From assembly GCA_019057385.1 (NCBI GenBank), contig JAHQJS010000006.1, positions 192,001 through 256,000 of the forward strand: 64,000 nt of DNA, written 5' to 3'. The position numbers were made by a program, and so were the translations under genes. This document shows positions 9,711-20,337 of the stretch, piece by piece. The notes beneath the pieces were generated by a model, which made no database searches, had not been told where the DNA came from, and was given only the letters and a program-made list of their open reading frames with translations. This stretch comes from Candidatus Borrarchaeum weybense (GTDB lineage: Archaea > Asgardarchaeota > Sifarchaeia > Borrarchaeales > Borrarchaeaceae). The stretch's first letter is position 1. Every line of letters begins with the position of its first letter.

Positions 9711-11048
9711 CTATTTGAATTCATCTAGGCTCAATTGTCGAGTTGTTTCTTTTTTAAGCGGTGGAGGGACATAATCAAGTACTTCATTCTTGTTAGACCT
9801 TCCCTCCAGCAGTAAGCGACCATATTCCCCATCATATCCTGGAGAAATATGTAATTGATTTAGACGCGTTTTTAAAATTGTATTTGCAATGTCTGCTGTG
9901 GTAACTTCAAGTAATTCTTCTAGAGAACTATTTAATAGAACTTCAAACTCGTTACCGAATGCATATATTAGTTTTTGATATTCTGACCATACACTTTTAG
10001 CATAAATTGTAGCAATATCTTTGGCTACAGCAATGATTTCTGAAAGTGGAATTAACGTCTTAAAATCTTGTTTCTTTTCTGGTTTATATCCTTCTTCTCG
10101 ATCTGCAAGTTCTTCTATTCGATGAAGAACTCCAACTGTGAAAGGTTTATTACAAATTGGACAAAGGCAATTATTTCGCTCAATAGCATAATTAGGGTGC
10201 ATTCTGACACCATATTCATGTTCATTTTTGTTTCCATCTTTGTAATAAATCCGTCCTTTTCTATGACCATCATAATGGTATTTTCCATAAGCAGGATTAA
10301 CTTCTATAGTCATTGGAAATTCTAGGATATTTTTATTTCTTATAGCATTAATCAAATTTGTATAAGTCAATTCATTTAAGTTGAAAACATTGGCTTCTCT
10401 TCCGATACGCCAGGGCCAAGGTGAGTGACAGTCGCTATTGCTAACGAATATGTATTTATCTAAAGCTGAAATCCTCCAATTCATAGCCAAATCAGAAGAA
10501 AGACCTGTTTCAAGCGCATGAATTTCATCAATTTTGTCTTGATAACATTCTTCTAGGGAATTAAAGCCACGTGCTCCTAAAACAGAAAAATAAGTTGTCC
10601 AAATATGAGCAGGAATGCATTCGATCTCTTTATCAGTTTCTTTCATTATTTCAAGTAGTTCAGCAGGAGTCATCCTTAAATCTGGGCGACCATCACTAGA
10701 CAGCTTCCCATATTTGGATAGAACATCATTTAATTGTATAGCAGCATCAAAACTTGGGACAAGTAAATGTTGGTGAATCTGCTTGCTTTTTCCTTCATAC
10801 TCAAAAATAGTATTGACTTCTCCAGTTAAGATAAAATTCATACTATTATATGAGAATAATTTACTGCCTTCGAGTGGAGTCAATTTTTCTCTTAATTCTG
10901 CAAGCCAATTAGGATGAGTAATGTCTCCTGTTCCAATTAAGTCTAGTCCTTTAAGAGGTCCGTAATGGGCTAAATTCTCCAAATCCATTTTTTTTGAAGT
11001 ACCGCCAGAATATTTCGAATGAACATGAAAATCGACAAAGAAAACCAA
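9711..11048 (-). CDS. endoQ: Endonuclease Q family PHP-domain DNA repair protein
   Basis: DFHVHSKYS, GTGDITHP, PAHIWT, ETGLSSD, SNSDCHS, GKYHYDGHR, CPIC and PGYDGEYG motifs. Confidence 0.9.
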   Translation of the reverse strand: MVFFVDFHVHSKYSGGTSKKMDLENLAHYGPLKGLDLIGTGDITHPNWLAELREKLTPLEGSKLFSYNSMNFILTGEVNTIFEYEGKSKQIHQHLLVPSFDAAIQLNDVLSKYGKLSSDGRPDLRMTPAELLEIMKETDKEIECIPAHIWTTYFSVLGARGFNSLEECYQDKIDEIHALETGLSSDLAMNWRISALDKYIFVSNSDCHSPWPWRIGREANVFNLNELTYTNLINAIRNKNILEFPMTIEVNPAYGKYHYDGHRKGRIYYKDGNKNEHEYGVRMHPNYAIERNNCLCPICNKPFTVGVLHRIEELADREEGYKPEKKQDFKTLIPLSEIIAVAKDIATIYAKSVWSEYQKLIYAFGNEFEVLLNSSLEELLEVTTADIANTILKTRLNQLHISPGYDGEYGRLLLEGRSNKNEVLDYVPPPLKKETTRQLSLDEFK

Positions 11049-11116
11049 ATAAAGATCGCTCCATGCAATTGTATTATATATTCTTCGTTGTTTGGGGTCT
11101 TTTGTTTAAATTTTTT

Positions 11117-13237
11117 TCACGAAGGATATTCTAATTTATTTTCGAGATCAAATTTGAAATACACAAAACAACAGCTCAAGATTGCGATAATAGAAACAGA
11201 AAATGGAACGATTCGTTGCCAAAGTGGATATTTATAGAATAACAGAATTTCAAATGCCATATTTTCAGAATCTATGGACAATTCAATAAATCCAATTTCA
11301 CTCATTTTGATTTCGACAAGATTTTCAGTAGTCTCAACTTGCCAATAGGGAAAATACACTTCTTTAACAAGGAGTTCTATTCGGGGAGTATTTTTTGTTA
11401 CTTTAATCAAGATCTTATCTGGATCTGGCCGTTCATAAGTTATTTCAGCATGACCTATTTTTACATCTATGAATGACACATTAAAGTTTGCTTCATAGAG
11501 ATAGAGTGAATCAATATTTAGTATAAGGTGAAATTGATGTGCTTGAAGCAACTGGAGTTTTTCTTCTGATCCGATTAACACCCATTTTATCCCGTAAAGA
11601 GAAGCTCGTTCAAGTAAATATTCGTAAACCCATTCTTCTGAAGGGACAAGATCATTGATGGTATATGATGTAAGATTCTGAAAAGGATGGAGAAACCGTG
11701 CTTGCGGGAACCAACCATCTAATAAGGGTTTATCAGTGTAATATGGGAGAGAATAGATCCAAGAGGGGCTTTTTATTGAGAGAATTCGTCCATATGCCTC
11801 AGAGTCTCTTAAATATGTGATAAGCTGTTGTGGGATCTCTTGGTTCTTTTGAAATATATCTTCAGCATAAAGTGTTCCTCCTTGTCCATACCTTGGTTGA
11901 ATAAATGGTACTATAAAAGAAAAGATGATTAGAGATAGGAGTAAAGATGATACAAGCCTATTTGAGAATGAAATAGTATGGTAATTATCCTTGAAGAAGG
12001 TCACAAGAAAGAGGAACATTCGAGCCCCCAGCAACGAAACTGGTATAGAAGCATAGAGCATAAATCGTAAAATATCTAAATTTTGATTTAAAGGAAAAAT
12101 CGAGAAAAGAATCGCACGAGGACCTAATGTCAGCCAGAAGAATAATACAAACCAACTAAAGCAAAAAATCATGTTTATATCAAAGGTAAACTGAGATTTT
12201 GTGAATTGAGGGGAAATATAGATAAAAAGTATGAGAGTTACGCAAATAAGCAGAAGCAACATGTGCTTTATGGTAACAATAAACCCATTGTTTAAAAAAG
12301 CGTAAAACGTGTAGGAAATAATAATCGCAAAAAATACTAAAGCAAACACTATTCTGATTCTTTTATCTTTTTTTGAAGGTAATATGCTATATAAGACCAA
12401 AAAAAATAACACTGCGCTCAGTAAGATGTGAGATAAGCCAATTATCGAAATATAAAATCTAAGAAGTACTTTAAGTGATAGAATAGGTGCTGAAGGATTC
12501 AAGAAATTACCATAATAGTTGATATTTACAATGAATGGTATAATCCATACTGCAGCAATTGCCAAAGCTGCCAGTGTCACCAAAGATAAGAGTTTAACAA
12601 TTATAAGATTGCGAGAATATACAACTTCGAATATTGAAAACATGCACAGTAAGAAAAATCCGATAAACGCACTTAAATGATGTATAAGAATTAAGGATCC
12701 CAGTAGAAGACCTGGAATCACAAAAGAGCCATTCTTTTTGTATGAATGAATAAATTTTCCTAAAGTAAGACATACTAAAGGAAACGCTACAACATTCGGA
12801 AATCTACCGTAATATAATAAATTCATAATGAAAACTGGAGACAGTCCTAAAAGAAAAGCGGCTAAAATTGATTCATTCTCATTAAAACTTAGATTTTTTG
12901 CAAGATAATAGGCACAAAAAGGTGTTGAAGAAAAGAAGATAATAGAGAGAATTTTGAAAGAAAGAAGTGCTGATGAGCCTGTTGATAAACTTGCTGATAA
13001 ATAATAACTTGCTGGAGGATAATAAAGAAGAAATGGATACCCTGCATACCAGGCGTGACACCAAGGTTTTAAAAGACCATATCTAGAGAGATATAGAATC
13101 TTAAATATATGTGAATTGGTATCAACACCACCTGGAATACCAGGGGGGAGTATCCAGGATGCTATTGCAAAGAAATAGAGAGAAATAAAAAAAAGCCAGT
13201 AATGACATTTTTCTAGTTGAATAAATCTGGTCCTCAT
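11117..13237 (-). CDS. Multi-pass membrane protein, 'PTPS-related' / GT-C glycosyltransferase-like
   Basis: DTNSH...WYAGYPFLLYYPP N-terminal loop, many TM segments, extracellular C-terminal domain; directly downstream of the Dol-P-Man synthase gene. Confidence 0.7.
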   Translation of the reverse strand: MRTRFIQLEKCHYWLFFISLYFFAIASWILPPGIPGGVDTNSHIFKILYLSRYGLLKPWCHAWYAGYPFLLYYPPASYYLSASLSTGSSALLSFKILSIIFFSSTPFCAYYLAKNLSFNENESILAAFLLGLSPVFIMNLLYYGRFPNVVAFPLVCLTLGKFIHSYKKNGSFVIPGLLLGSLILIHHLSAFIGFFLLCMFSIFEVVYSRNLIIVKLLSLVTLAALAIAAVWIIPFIVNINYYGNFLNPSAPILSLKVLLRFYISIIGLSHILLSAVLFFLVLYSILPSKKDKRIRIVFALVFFAIIISYTFYAFLNNGFIVTIKHMLLLLICVTLILFIYISPQFTKSQFTFDINMIFCFSWFVLFFWLTLGPRAILFSIFPLNQNLDILRFMLYASIPVSLLGARMFLFLVTFFKDNYHTISFSNRLVSSLLLSLIIFSFIVPFIQPRYGQGGTLYAEDIFQKNQEIPQQLITYLRDSEAYGRILSIKSPSWIYSLPYYTDKPLLDGWFPQARFLHPFQNLTSYTINDLVPSEEWVYEYLLERASLYGIKWVLIGSEEKLQLLQAHQFHLILNIDSLYLYEANFNVSFIDVKIGHAEITYERPDPDKILIKVTKNTPRIELLVKEVYFPYWQVETTENLVEIKMSEIGFIELSIDSENMAFEILLFYKYPLWQRIVPFSVSIIAILSCCFVYFKFDLENKLEYPS

Positions 13238-13280
13238 TTAATAAGGCCTCTCTCTCATTTAAGGAAAATTCTTGAGTAAG

Positions 13281-14018
13281 TTATAAACGTAACTTTTTGA
13301 ATCTAACTCTCAGCACCGTTAAAAAAAAGCCCAAAATGTCATTTAATCCAAGTTTTGACTCCCCGATACGACGATCTATAAAGGTAATTGGCACTTCTTT
13401 CACTTTAAATCTATTTCTCAAGGTTTCTACTAACATGTCAAGTTGAAAAGCATAGCCTGAGCTTTTTACAGCGGACATATCAATTTTATTCAGGACTTTA
13501 GCACGATAGGCCCTGTATCCACTTGTAACATCTTTTGCAAATCTATTTATTTGCAGTATTAATGCTGCTAAAGTATTGGCACCCTTCGAGACCATTTTAC
13601 GGTAAATTCCCCAGCCTACAATGTTTCCACCCACGATGTAGCGCGAGCCAATAGCTAGATCATAACCTTTAAGTACTGCATCTACAAGTCTTGGAATGTC
13701 TCGCGGATTATGCGAGTGATCAGCGTCCATTTCCATGGCAATTTTGCCAGATGCCTTTTTGAATCCCGCTTTATACGCTGATCCAAGGCCAGACTTAACT
13801 TTTCGGTGGATTACCGTAATATTTGGGAATTTTTTTGCTAAAGTGTCCGCAAGCTCTCCAGTTCCATCCGGACTATTATCATCAACAATAATTAGTTCAC
13901 CATGAAGATCATTCTCCTTAAAAACGTCAATTATCTTTGGAACAAGAGTTTCAATGTTCTCTCGCTCGTTGTACGTGGGTAAAACAATTGAAACTAACGG
14001 ATTCTCACGATCATTCAT
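13281..14018 (-). CDS. Dolichol/polyprenol-phosphate mannosyltransferase (DPM1-like GT2)
   Basis: LPTYNERENI, VDDNSPDGT, MDADHSH, DVTSGYRAYR, GYAFQ, GESKL. Confidence 0.9.
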   Translation of the reverse strand: MNDRENPLVSIVLPTYNERENIETLVPKIIDVFKENDLHGELIIVDDNSPDGTGELADTLAKKFPNITVIHRKVKSGLGSAYKAGFKKASGKIAMEMDADHSHNPRDIPRLVDAVLKGYDLAIGSRYIVGGNIVGWGIYRKMVSKGANTLAALILQINRFAKDVTSGYRAYRAKVLNKIDMSAVKSSGYAFQLDMLVETLRNRFKVKEVPITFIDRRIGESKLGLNDILGFFLTVLRVRFKKLRL

Positions 14019-14135
14019 GGAACTATCACTTATCGAATCTATGCTCTAATCATATTTCATTGAAGAAGAAAATAAACACTAGAGAACTAATTACAAGTAT
14101 GCAAAATTTAAAGTTTGCCACGTATTTCGAAAAGC

Positions 14136-14969
14136 CTAATGATCTTCATTTCGATGATTGTTTTCTCTTTTAATCATGTTAGTAACTTTTTCTTTCCCTT
14201 TTCGGAGATATTTCGTCCAGTCAACCATAATCACTAAGAGCATTACTGAGATTGTGATAATTAGAGTAACTACTGGGACGATTGGATCTTGAGAAGAAGT
14301 TATTTGTCCATTTCGGATAGCTTCAATGTCGATTCCATAAAGAAGAAGGACTTGTCTACCTGCTTCTGTTTCCGCAGCACTACGAACAAGATATGCAATA
14401 CCAACTGCAAGTAACACTTTGCCAATGAAACAAGCAACTAGTGCATATCCTATATTATAGTTCACCATACCTAAAACAATTAGAAGCAGATCGTCAGGCA
14501 GTGGTGTTGCGGCAAAGAATATTATAAGAGGGATTCCATAGCCTTTTTTCACCAATTTCGCGAGTGAATCAAGTCGTTTTCCGTAAGAAGTATCTTCAAT
14601 CATTTCGCTCGTACCTCTTCCCAGGAGCCATGCACTAAGTTCGCCTATGGATGCTCCAAATCCAGCAGCTACGCCTACGAGTAATGGGTTGATAGGAAGT
14701 ACCACAACAATAATTGCCAGAGCAATTATGTAGGGGACTGGCATGATCACAGAGACGTTTCCAATAATCGAGATTAAAAAGATGGCTACGTAAACGCCAA
14801 GATCGCCGTAGTTGGAGTGGAAATAGAGCACGAAGCGTACCATGAGTTCGCCAATGTTTATACCTATTAGAGCGATTGCAATCATCCCACCAAAAAAGGC
14901 AACAAACAATCCAGCAATTATCAGATTTTTTACTCGTTTACTACGCAAGAGCTCTTTGTCAAAAGGCAT
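14136..14969 (-). CDS. DedA/VTT-domain membrane protein
   Basis: GASIGELSAWLLGRG and FAATPLPDDLL motifs; multiple TM helices. Confidence 0.75.
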   Translation of the reverse strand: MPFDKELLRSKRVKNLIIAGLFVAFFGGMIAIALIGINIGELMVRFVLYFHSNYGDLGVYVAIFLISIIGNVSVIMPVPYIIALAIIVVVLPINPLLVGVAAGFGASIGELSAWLLGRGTSEMIEDTSYGKRLDSLAKLVKKGYGIPLIIFFAATPLPDDLLLIVLGMVNYNIGYALVACFIGKVLLAVGIAYLVRSAAETEAGRQVLLLYGIDIEAIRNGQITSSQDPIVPVVTLIITISVMLLVIMVDWTKYLRKGKEKVTNMIKRENNHRNEDH

Positions 14970-15086
14970 TCATATCACAATTTTCTGATTTTTGCGAAGA
15001 AGACTGTTAGTGAAAACTCGAAACGGCCATATATAACTCATTCGCAAAGAACGGTAAATAGTGAAAAAAGGAGTGAAAGCCGCAAT

Positions 15087-16349
15087 TTACATATCTGTCT
15101 CTTGGATAGCTTGATTAACAAAGACACGTTTATTTGGTGCGATATCTTTATCTATTACAACTCCTGGTCCTACCCACACTTTATTGCCAATTTTTCGTCC
15201 AGGCATAATGCTACAATTTACTTCAAGAGTTGTTTGGTCTCCAATAATTGCGCCCAATTTAGTTCGTCCGGTATCTATTTTATCTCCGTTAACAAGGGCA
15301 TATATCGTCTCTCCTGCGCTATAGTTGATGATGTGCGTTCCTGCACCTATGTAAACGTTATTTGCAATAACACTATCGCCAATGAAGCTCAAGCGATTGA
15401 TAAATGAACTGCCGAGTATTACTGAATTTTTGATTTCGACGCCAAAACCAATTACTACATTGCTTTCAATAGCCGTGTGATCACGGATCAATGAGTTATC
15501 TCCAATAAACGTGTCTTTCCCAATGTAAACCGGTCCTTTAATAACTGCTCCTGGGCGAATTTTTACGCCGTCTGAAATCCAAACAGGTCCTTCTACTTTC
15601 CCATCTATCTCGGCATCTTTAGAGATGTATGACCCTTCTTTCATTAATCGATCCATAACAAATTGAGCAGCAGTCAATGTATCCCATGGATACTCTACAT
15701 CAATCCATTGTCCTTCCCAGATAGCAGCATATACATTTCCACGTTTACATAGTTGATTAATCGCCAGATCTAATTGCTGATTTTCCTTAAGGAGTTTAAA
15801 AATCTCAGGACGGAACATATACAAACTTGAAACCGCATATTTACTTAATTCTGATCCTGGGACAGGTTTCTCTATAATTTGCTCTATTCTTCCATCTGAT
15901 ACGTCAAGTGCTGCGACACCATACCGACTCACATCAGGAGCAAGTGTTAGTGCTATAGTGCTATCAGCATTAAATTCATTAAAGGTGTCTATCGTTCGTT
16001 GAACCATCTCCTTATCGACAAAGAAGTCAGCATGAGCAAGTAGAAAATAAGTTTCATCTTTTAATTCGTTTTCTGACTTTAAAATAGCATCTTCTATTCC
16101 AATTTGGTTTTCTTGGACTATATATTTTATATCTACTTCAAAATCAAACCCTGACCCGAAATAATCTATAATGGATTCCTTTTGGTAACCTACAACCACC
16201 ACAAGATCCGTAATACCCACAGACTTAAGCAAATCTATAATATGTTCGAGGATTGGTTTGCCACAGATGTTGAACATAGGTTTAGGTCTGTTTACAGAGA
16301 GCGGTCTTAGTCTGCTTCCTTCACCTGCAGCAAGGATTAATGCTTTCAA
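15087..16349 (-). CDS. Bifunctional sugar-1-phosphate nucleotidylyltransferase/acetyltransferase (archaeal GlmU-like)
   Basis: LAAGEGSRLRPL...PKP N-terminus, hexapeptide repeats, TGRTKLGAIIGD. Confidence 0.85.
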   Translation of the reverse strand: MKALILAAGEGSRLRPLSVNRPKPMFNICGKPILEHIIDLLKSVGITDLVVVVGYQKESIIDYFGSGFDFEVDIKYIVQENQIGIEDAILKSENELKDETYFLLAHADFFVDKEMVQRTIDTFNEFNADSTIALTLAPDVSRYGVAALDVSDGRIEQIIEKPVPGSELSKYAVSSLYMFRPEIFKLLKENQQLDLAINQLCKRGNVYAAIWEGQWIDVEYPWDTLTAAQFVMDRLMKEGSYISKDAEIDGKVEGPVWISDGVKIRPGAVIKGPVYIGKDTFIGDNSLIRDHTAIESNVVIGFGVEIKNSVILGSSFINRLSFIGDSVIANNVYIGAGTHIINYSAGETIYALVNGDKIDTGRTKLGAIIGDQTTLEVNCSIMPGRKIGNKVWVGPGVVIDKDIAPNKRVFVNQAIQETDM

Positions 16350-16350
16350 T

Positions 16351-16623
16351 TTATTTCTCCTCCATTTTTTTAATAAGTTTGACTTCGTTTTTGGCTAAGA
16401 TATATGTTCTTATAAATCCTACCAAGCTAGGAATCAGGATTATACATGACGCAATGGCTACATAAAGGTAAAGTTGTAATGGTTTAAAAAGAAGATAGGC
16501 AAGGAACATTCCAATAAACAATCCTGTCGCTAAGACAAATATCATAAAATAGTTTAAAGAAAGAGTGTAAAGCCTAAATAATCTTTTTTTGTCAGTTTCC
16601 TTATTTTCTTGTGAATCTGCCAT
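16351..16623 (-). CDS. Small two-TM membrane protein
   Basis: 90 aa with two hydrophobic segments; GAGG SD; abuts the GlmU-like gene. Confidence 0.65.
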   Translation of the reverse strand: MADSQENKETDKKRLFRLYTLSLNYFMIFVLATGLFIGMFLAYLLFKPLQLYLYVAIASCIILIPSLVGFIRTYILAKNEVKLIKKMEEK

Positions 16624-16756
16624 TTAAATAGCCTCATTGAATTTCATTTTGATGGATCACGGACATAAAAAATGATGTCATGATGGAACTCCTAGTCAAA
16701 TGGCGGAATATTATCGAATAAAAATATTTTGAGAGGAAATTGGAAAATTAAGAAGA

Positions 16757-17239
16757 CTAAAGCTTGTAGCCAATCTTTCTAAGAAATTCTTTTCGTTCTT
16801 TCTTTTCTTGTTCCCCTTCGATTCCTTTTGGAGAAAAGCCATCAATAACGCCCAATATTCCGTTTCCCTGTTCAGTAGTAGTAACAATGATCTCTACAGG
16901 ATTAGCAGTTGCACAGAAAATTCCACATACCTCTGGAACGAGTTTTATTCGATTGAGGACGTTGATCGGATAACCATTTTTCATATGTATGACAAAAGAA
17001 TGTCCTGCTCCAATTTTCATCGCATTTTTTGCCGCGATTTGTATCAAGTTTTCATCATTCCCCTCCGTACGTATCAGGCATGGTCCAGATGCTTCACAAA
17101 AAGCAATTCCAAATTTTATGGTTGGGGCAGAATCGGCTAAAGCCTCATACAAATCTTCGATCGATTTGATAAAATGTGTCTGCCCAAGAATGCAATTAGT
17201 CTCCTCTGGAATATCAAGTTTAACAGTTTTTAATTCCAT
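16757..17239 (-). CDS. Adenosine-specific kinase family protein
   Basis: [45 protein letters not shown]. Confidence 0.9.
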   Translation of the reverse strand: MELKTVKLDIPEETNCILGQTHFIKSIEDLYEALADSAPTIKFGIAFCEASGPCLIRTEGNDENLIQIAAKNAMKIGAGHSFVIHMKNGYPINVLNRIKLVPEVCGIFCATANPVEIIVTTTEQGNGILGVIDGFSPKGIEGEQEKKERKEFLRKIGYKL

Positions 17240-17277
17240 TTGGATCGCCCTTTAGGATGTGCTTTTAGAAACTTTAT

Positions 17278-17456
17278 AATACTTTCCGCAAGAAGACCCC
17301 CCAACTTGTTGGGGGGATGAATTGCGTGTTTTACGTGTTTCACTTTCACCGTAGTGTCCCTCAGCTTTAAATAGCTTTTTACGTATAGTACATCTAGTAA
17401 AATGAATTTCAGGGGAACACAGGGAGAAGTCTGATTGTAGGGTGGTGGTAGTTCAC
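17278..17456 (+). mobile_element. Non-autonomous IS200/IS605 MITE (179 bp, non-coding)
   Basis: TTTAT target at 17273-17277; left end CCGCAAGAAGA, hairpin CCCCCCAAC-TT-GTTGGGGGG, ATGAATTGCG; right end GGTGGTAGTTCAC. Confidence 0.75.
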
Positions 17457-17576
17457 GTATGTAATATTTTTTAACTTGATCGGCAGGAAGTACCAGATTT
17501 AGATCAATCACAGTAATAAAAACCAAATGTCTATAATCATTTAAAGGTTAAAAATTTCAAAAGGAAGAGGATCTTC

Positions 17577-17957
17577 ATGTCTTCTGAAGAAAAGGATGAA
17601 AAAATGAAGAAAATTGAAACAATGATTAAAAAAACCATAGACTATGCAAAAAAGAAAAGAATAGAACATAAAAGATTTGATGAAGTTCAAGAACCATTAC
17701 GTTGCTCTAAATGTGGCAAAATAGTCTTTCGTTATAGTACCCTGCCATATAAGAGTGTGGTATGTCCTGACTGCAGTAGAGACAGAACGAAGATAGATGT
17801 TAGCACAAAAATAAAAACCTTTGAAAAAGAAAGTTCGAAAGTGGAGAACAAGGAGACAATTACAAGAAAAAAAACATTTGAAATTATACGAACAGAATCT
17901 GGAATTAAGGTAAGACAAAAAGTGATTGAACAAGATGAGCAAGATGAGCAAGAGTGA
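17577..17957 (+). CDS. Small Zn-ribbon protein (CSKC...CPDC), Lys/Glu-rich
   Basis: Two CxxC pairs; GAGG SD. Confidence 0.65.
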   Translation: MSSEEKDEKMKKIETMIKKTIDYAKKKRIEHKRFDEVQEPLRCSKCGKIVFRYSTLPYKSVVCPDCSRDRTKIDVSTKIKTFEKESSKVENKETITRKKTFEIIRTESGIKVRQKVIEQDEQDEQE

Positions 17958-18522
17958 TGATGACAAATTTCCTTGCGAAGAAGAAGCGTTAGAGTTGCTT
18001 AACAAATATGGTGTAGATAAAAACATCATTGAACATTCAAAAGCGGTGTGCAAAAAAGCACTTGAAATTGCTGAAAAAATTATTCAGAAAGGATTAACGA
18101 CTGTAAATATCGGCTTAATAAGGGCAAGTGCACTTCTCCACGATATTGGACGTTATAATGAAAACAGTATACGACATGGGGTTGTAGGAGGAGAACTAAT
18201 TCGAAAATTAGGATATTCTTCTAAATTGGCAAGAATAGTAGAAAGACATGTATTATGTGGCATCTCAGAAAGATTTGCTAAAAAATTCGAATTTCCTAAT
18301 AGAAAGTTCATCCCTGAGACCGTAGAGGAACTCATAATATGTTATGCTGACAAACTAGTTGCTGGTAGAAGAGTAGTTGATTTAAAAAAAAGGTTTTCTT
18401 ATTGGATACGAAAATATGGTAGGACCCAGTTACTAGATGAAAGCATCAGAAGAACGAAACGTGTAGAGAAAAAAGTTCTTGAGTTAATGGGAAATTACAC
18501 TGAAAAAAATCCCAACAAATGA
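17944..18522 (+). CDS. HD-domain phosphohydrolase (archaeal HDIG-type)
   Basis: EHS...LLHDIGR...HGVVGGE...ERH...PETVEELIICYADKL; start at 17935 or 17944. Confidence 0.85.
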   Translation: MSKSDDDKFPCEEEALELLNKYGVDKNIIEHSKAVCKKALEIAEKIIQKGLTTVNIGLIRASALLHDIGRYNENSIRHGVVGGELIRKLGYSSKLARIVERHVLCGISERFAKKFEFPNRKFIPETVEELIICYADKLVAGRRVVDLKKRFSYWIRKYGRTQLLDESIRRTKRVEKKVLELMGNYTEKNPNK

Positions 18523-18760
18523 GAATATTTTTTGTTATTATCTAAAAGAGACAGCAAGTTACTCTTGGTTTCTTTTTTCAATGTACTCAGTCTTTATAAT
18601 TGTCACTCTTCAAAATTATTATTTTTCCCTTTTTCTCGTAAAAGACGGAAAGTTTTCTTTGTAAAAAGAAGCACGTATTTGTATATGAAACTGGACCCTA
18701 GAGATCCGATGCCTCAAATGAGGGCTACGAATGACAAGCAAAAGGATGAGAAAATATTTA

Positions 18761-19894
18761 CTAAGCCAAAGTCACTTCAAATTTACATACAGGATCGCCC
18801 AATGTTTTGCACTGAACTTCTCTTACATAAGCTTTCGATGACCCCTTATAATGAACTTTATTTATAATACGTTCAAGGCTTGCTTCGAGTTCTCCTGCTA
18901 TAACATCACAAACAGGTATAAATGCTCCTTGGGGAAAACCAAGTGTATAAGGGCTTTCTTGAAGTACTAAAAACGCTTTTTTTTCCGTTAAAAACTGAAG
19001 TTCTACATCCACATCTGAAAGACCCACTAAAACTTCTTGGACAAAAGCTTTTAGAAGGGACATCATATTCTCGAACGTTTCGGGCAATTTTATCGCACTG
19101 TGATCGATATATTCTTGATATGCTTGTTGCCCTGCACGCCGACCTGTTGCATGCAATATTCCTTGCGTAATTTCATTTAATCCCATAATTCGCAGAATTG
19201 AACTCCAAACATAAATTATCCAATTGCGATAAGCTTCATCAAAACGGGTTCTTTTCTTAATCCAGTTGACAACTGAGGATTGGATTTCCGAAAGTTTTGA
19301 AGATTGAGTTGGATCTTCTATCAGATCTTCAGTTGTAGTTGCTACACCCTCTATAGGTTGTTCACGTATCTTGATTTCGAAGTTACACGAGGGGTTATTC
19401 ATGGCTTTGCATTTTCTCTCAACCACATGAGCAAAGTATTCTTTATGGCGCAAATCTTTATAATAATTAAGCATACGCTCCAATAAAGCCTCAATAAAGC
19501 CTGATATGAAACTACATAAAGGTATCCTTGAATTTTGTACCTCATACGTAAAAACACTTTCTCTTAAATCAAGTATAGCTGATGTTTCATTCGTTGGAGT
19601 TAATGATATCTTGCTCGAAAGAGGAGTAATTATTGTAGTTAAGAACCTTTGAATAAACTTCAGGACATCTTCAAAATTAGGTGGCGGGACAACTTCAGTT
19701 TCTTCAAACTTATTTTCTATAAAATAATCATTGAACAGAGCATGCGCAGCATATCTCCCTGAACTGTGTAATAGACCAACAGACCTTTCAGTATAGCCTA
19801 AAATTTCCACAAAAGATCTAAGAACCCATCTCAGCCAGTCACGGTAAATATTTTTTATGGAGACCCTTCCTTTAAACACACTGTCATAGTTCAT
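18761..19894 (-). CDS. Tandem V4R-domain protein
   Basis: Two repeats of LH(S/A)(S/T)GR...ES(V/P)(F/Y)T...P(L/V)C...G...E..CK.(M/L)..P.C.FE. Confidence 0.8.
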   Translation of the reverse strand: MNYDSVFKGRVSIKNIYRDWLRWVLRSFVEILGYTERSVGLLHSSGRYAAHALFNDYFIENKFEETEVVPPPNFEDVLKFIQRFLTTIITPLSSKISLTPTNETSAILDLRESVFTYEVQNSRIPLCSFISGFIEALLERMLNYYKDLRHKEYFAHVVERKCKAMNNPSCNFEIKIREQPIEGVATTTEDLIEDPTQSSKLSEIQSSVVNWIKKRTRFDEAYRNWIIYVWSSILRIMGLNEITQGILHATGRRAGQQAYQEYIDHSAIKLPETFENMMSLLKAFVQEVLVGLSDVDVELQFLTEKKAFLVLQESPYTLGFPQGAFIPVCDVIAGELEASLERIINKVHYKGSSKAYVREVQCKTLGDPVCKFEVTLA

Positions 19895-20337
19895 TTTTCC
19901 GCCTCTAAACTGACATTAATATTTATTTATTGAGTTATGAGATAGTATCACAAATGTACCTCTGCTTATTTACTATTATGTCTTGACTTTTGTTAGAAAA
20001 TTCCCTTGTTGAAAGTCATATCTTGCAAATCTTGATTATGAGAATATAAATCAAGGACTGAGATAAACTTTTTGTAATATATTAATTCATTAACTAATAT
20101 TTTTAAGATGAGAAAATAGGCAGAGAATCACAAAATAACTGTTCTATAAAACCTTTAAAATAAAATATTTGCAAGCAATAGATTTCTTCGGATTGGAACT
20201 TTGTATTTATGGCTTCAAAACACAATATGCATTTAGATTTCAAGACGCATATCCACATAGCGGATAACTTATGACAAATATTTGAATTTGATTAGAGATC
20301 TGGGCTAAAAAAAGATTTTAAATGTTCGTGATTAATT

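Noticed and set aside
17230-17526. 98-aa ORF upstream of the adenosine kinase-family gene
   Set aside because: Runs across the IS605 MITE including its terminal hairpin and has no protein motif; most likely spurious
18532-18867. 111-aa ORF and the many other 60-190-aa ORFs antisense to or nested in long genes
   Set aside because: Shadow ORFs overlapping well-supported genes, without SD motifs or recognisable domains
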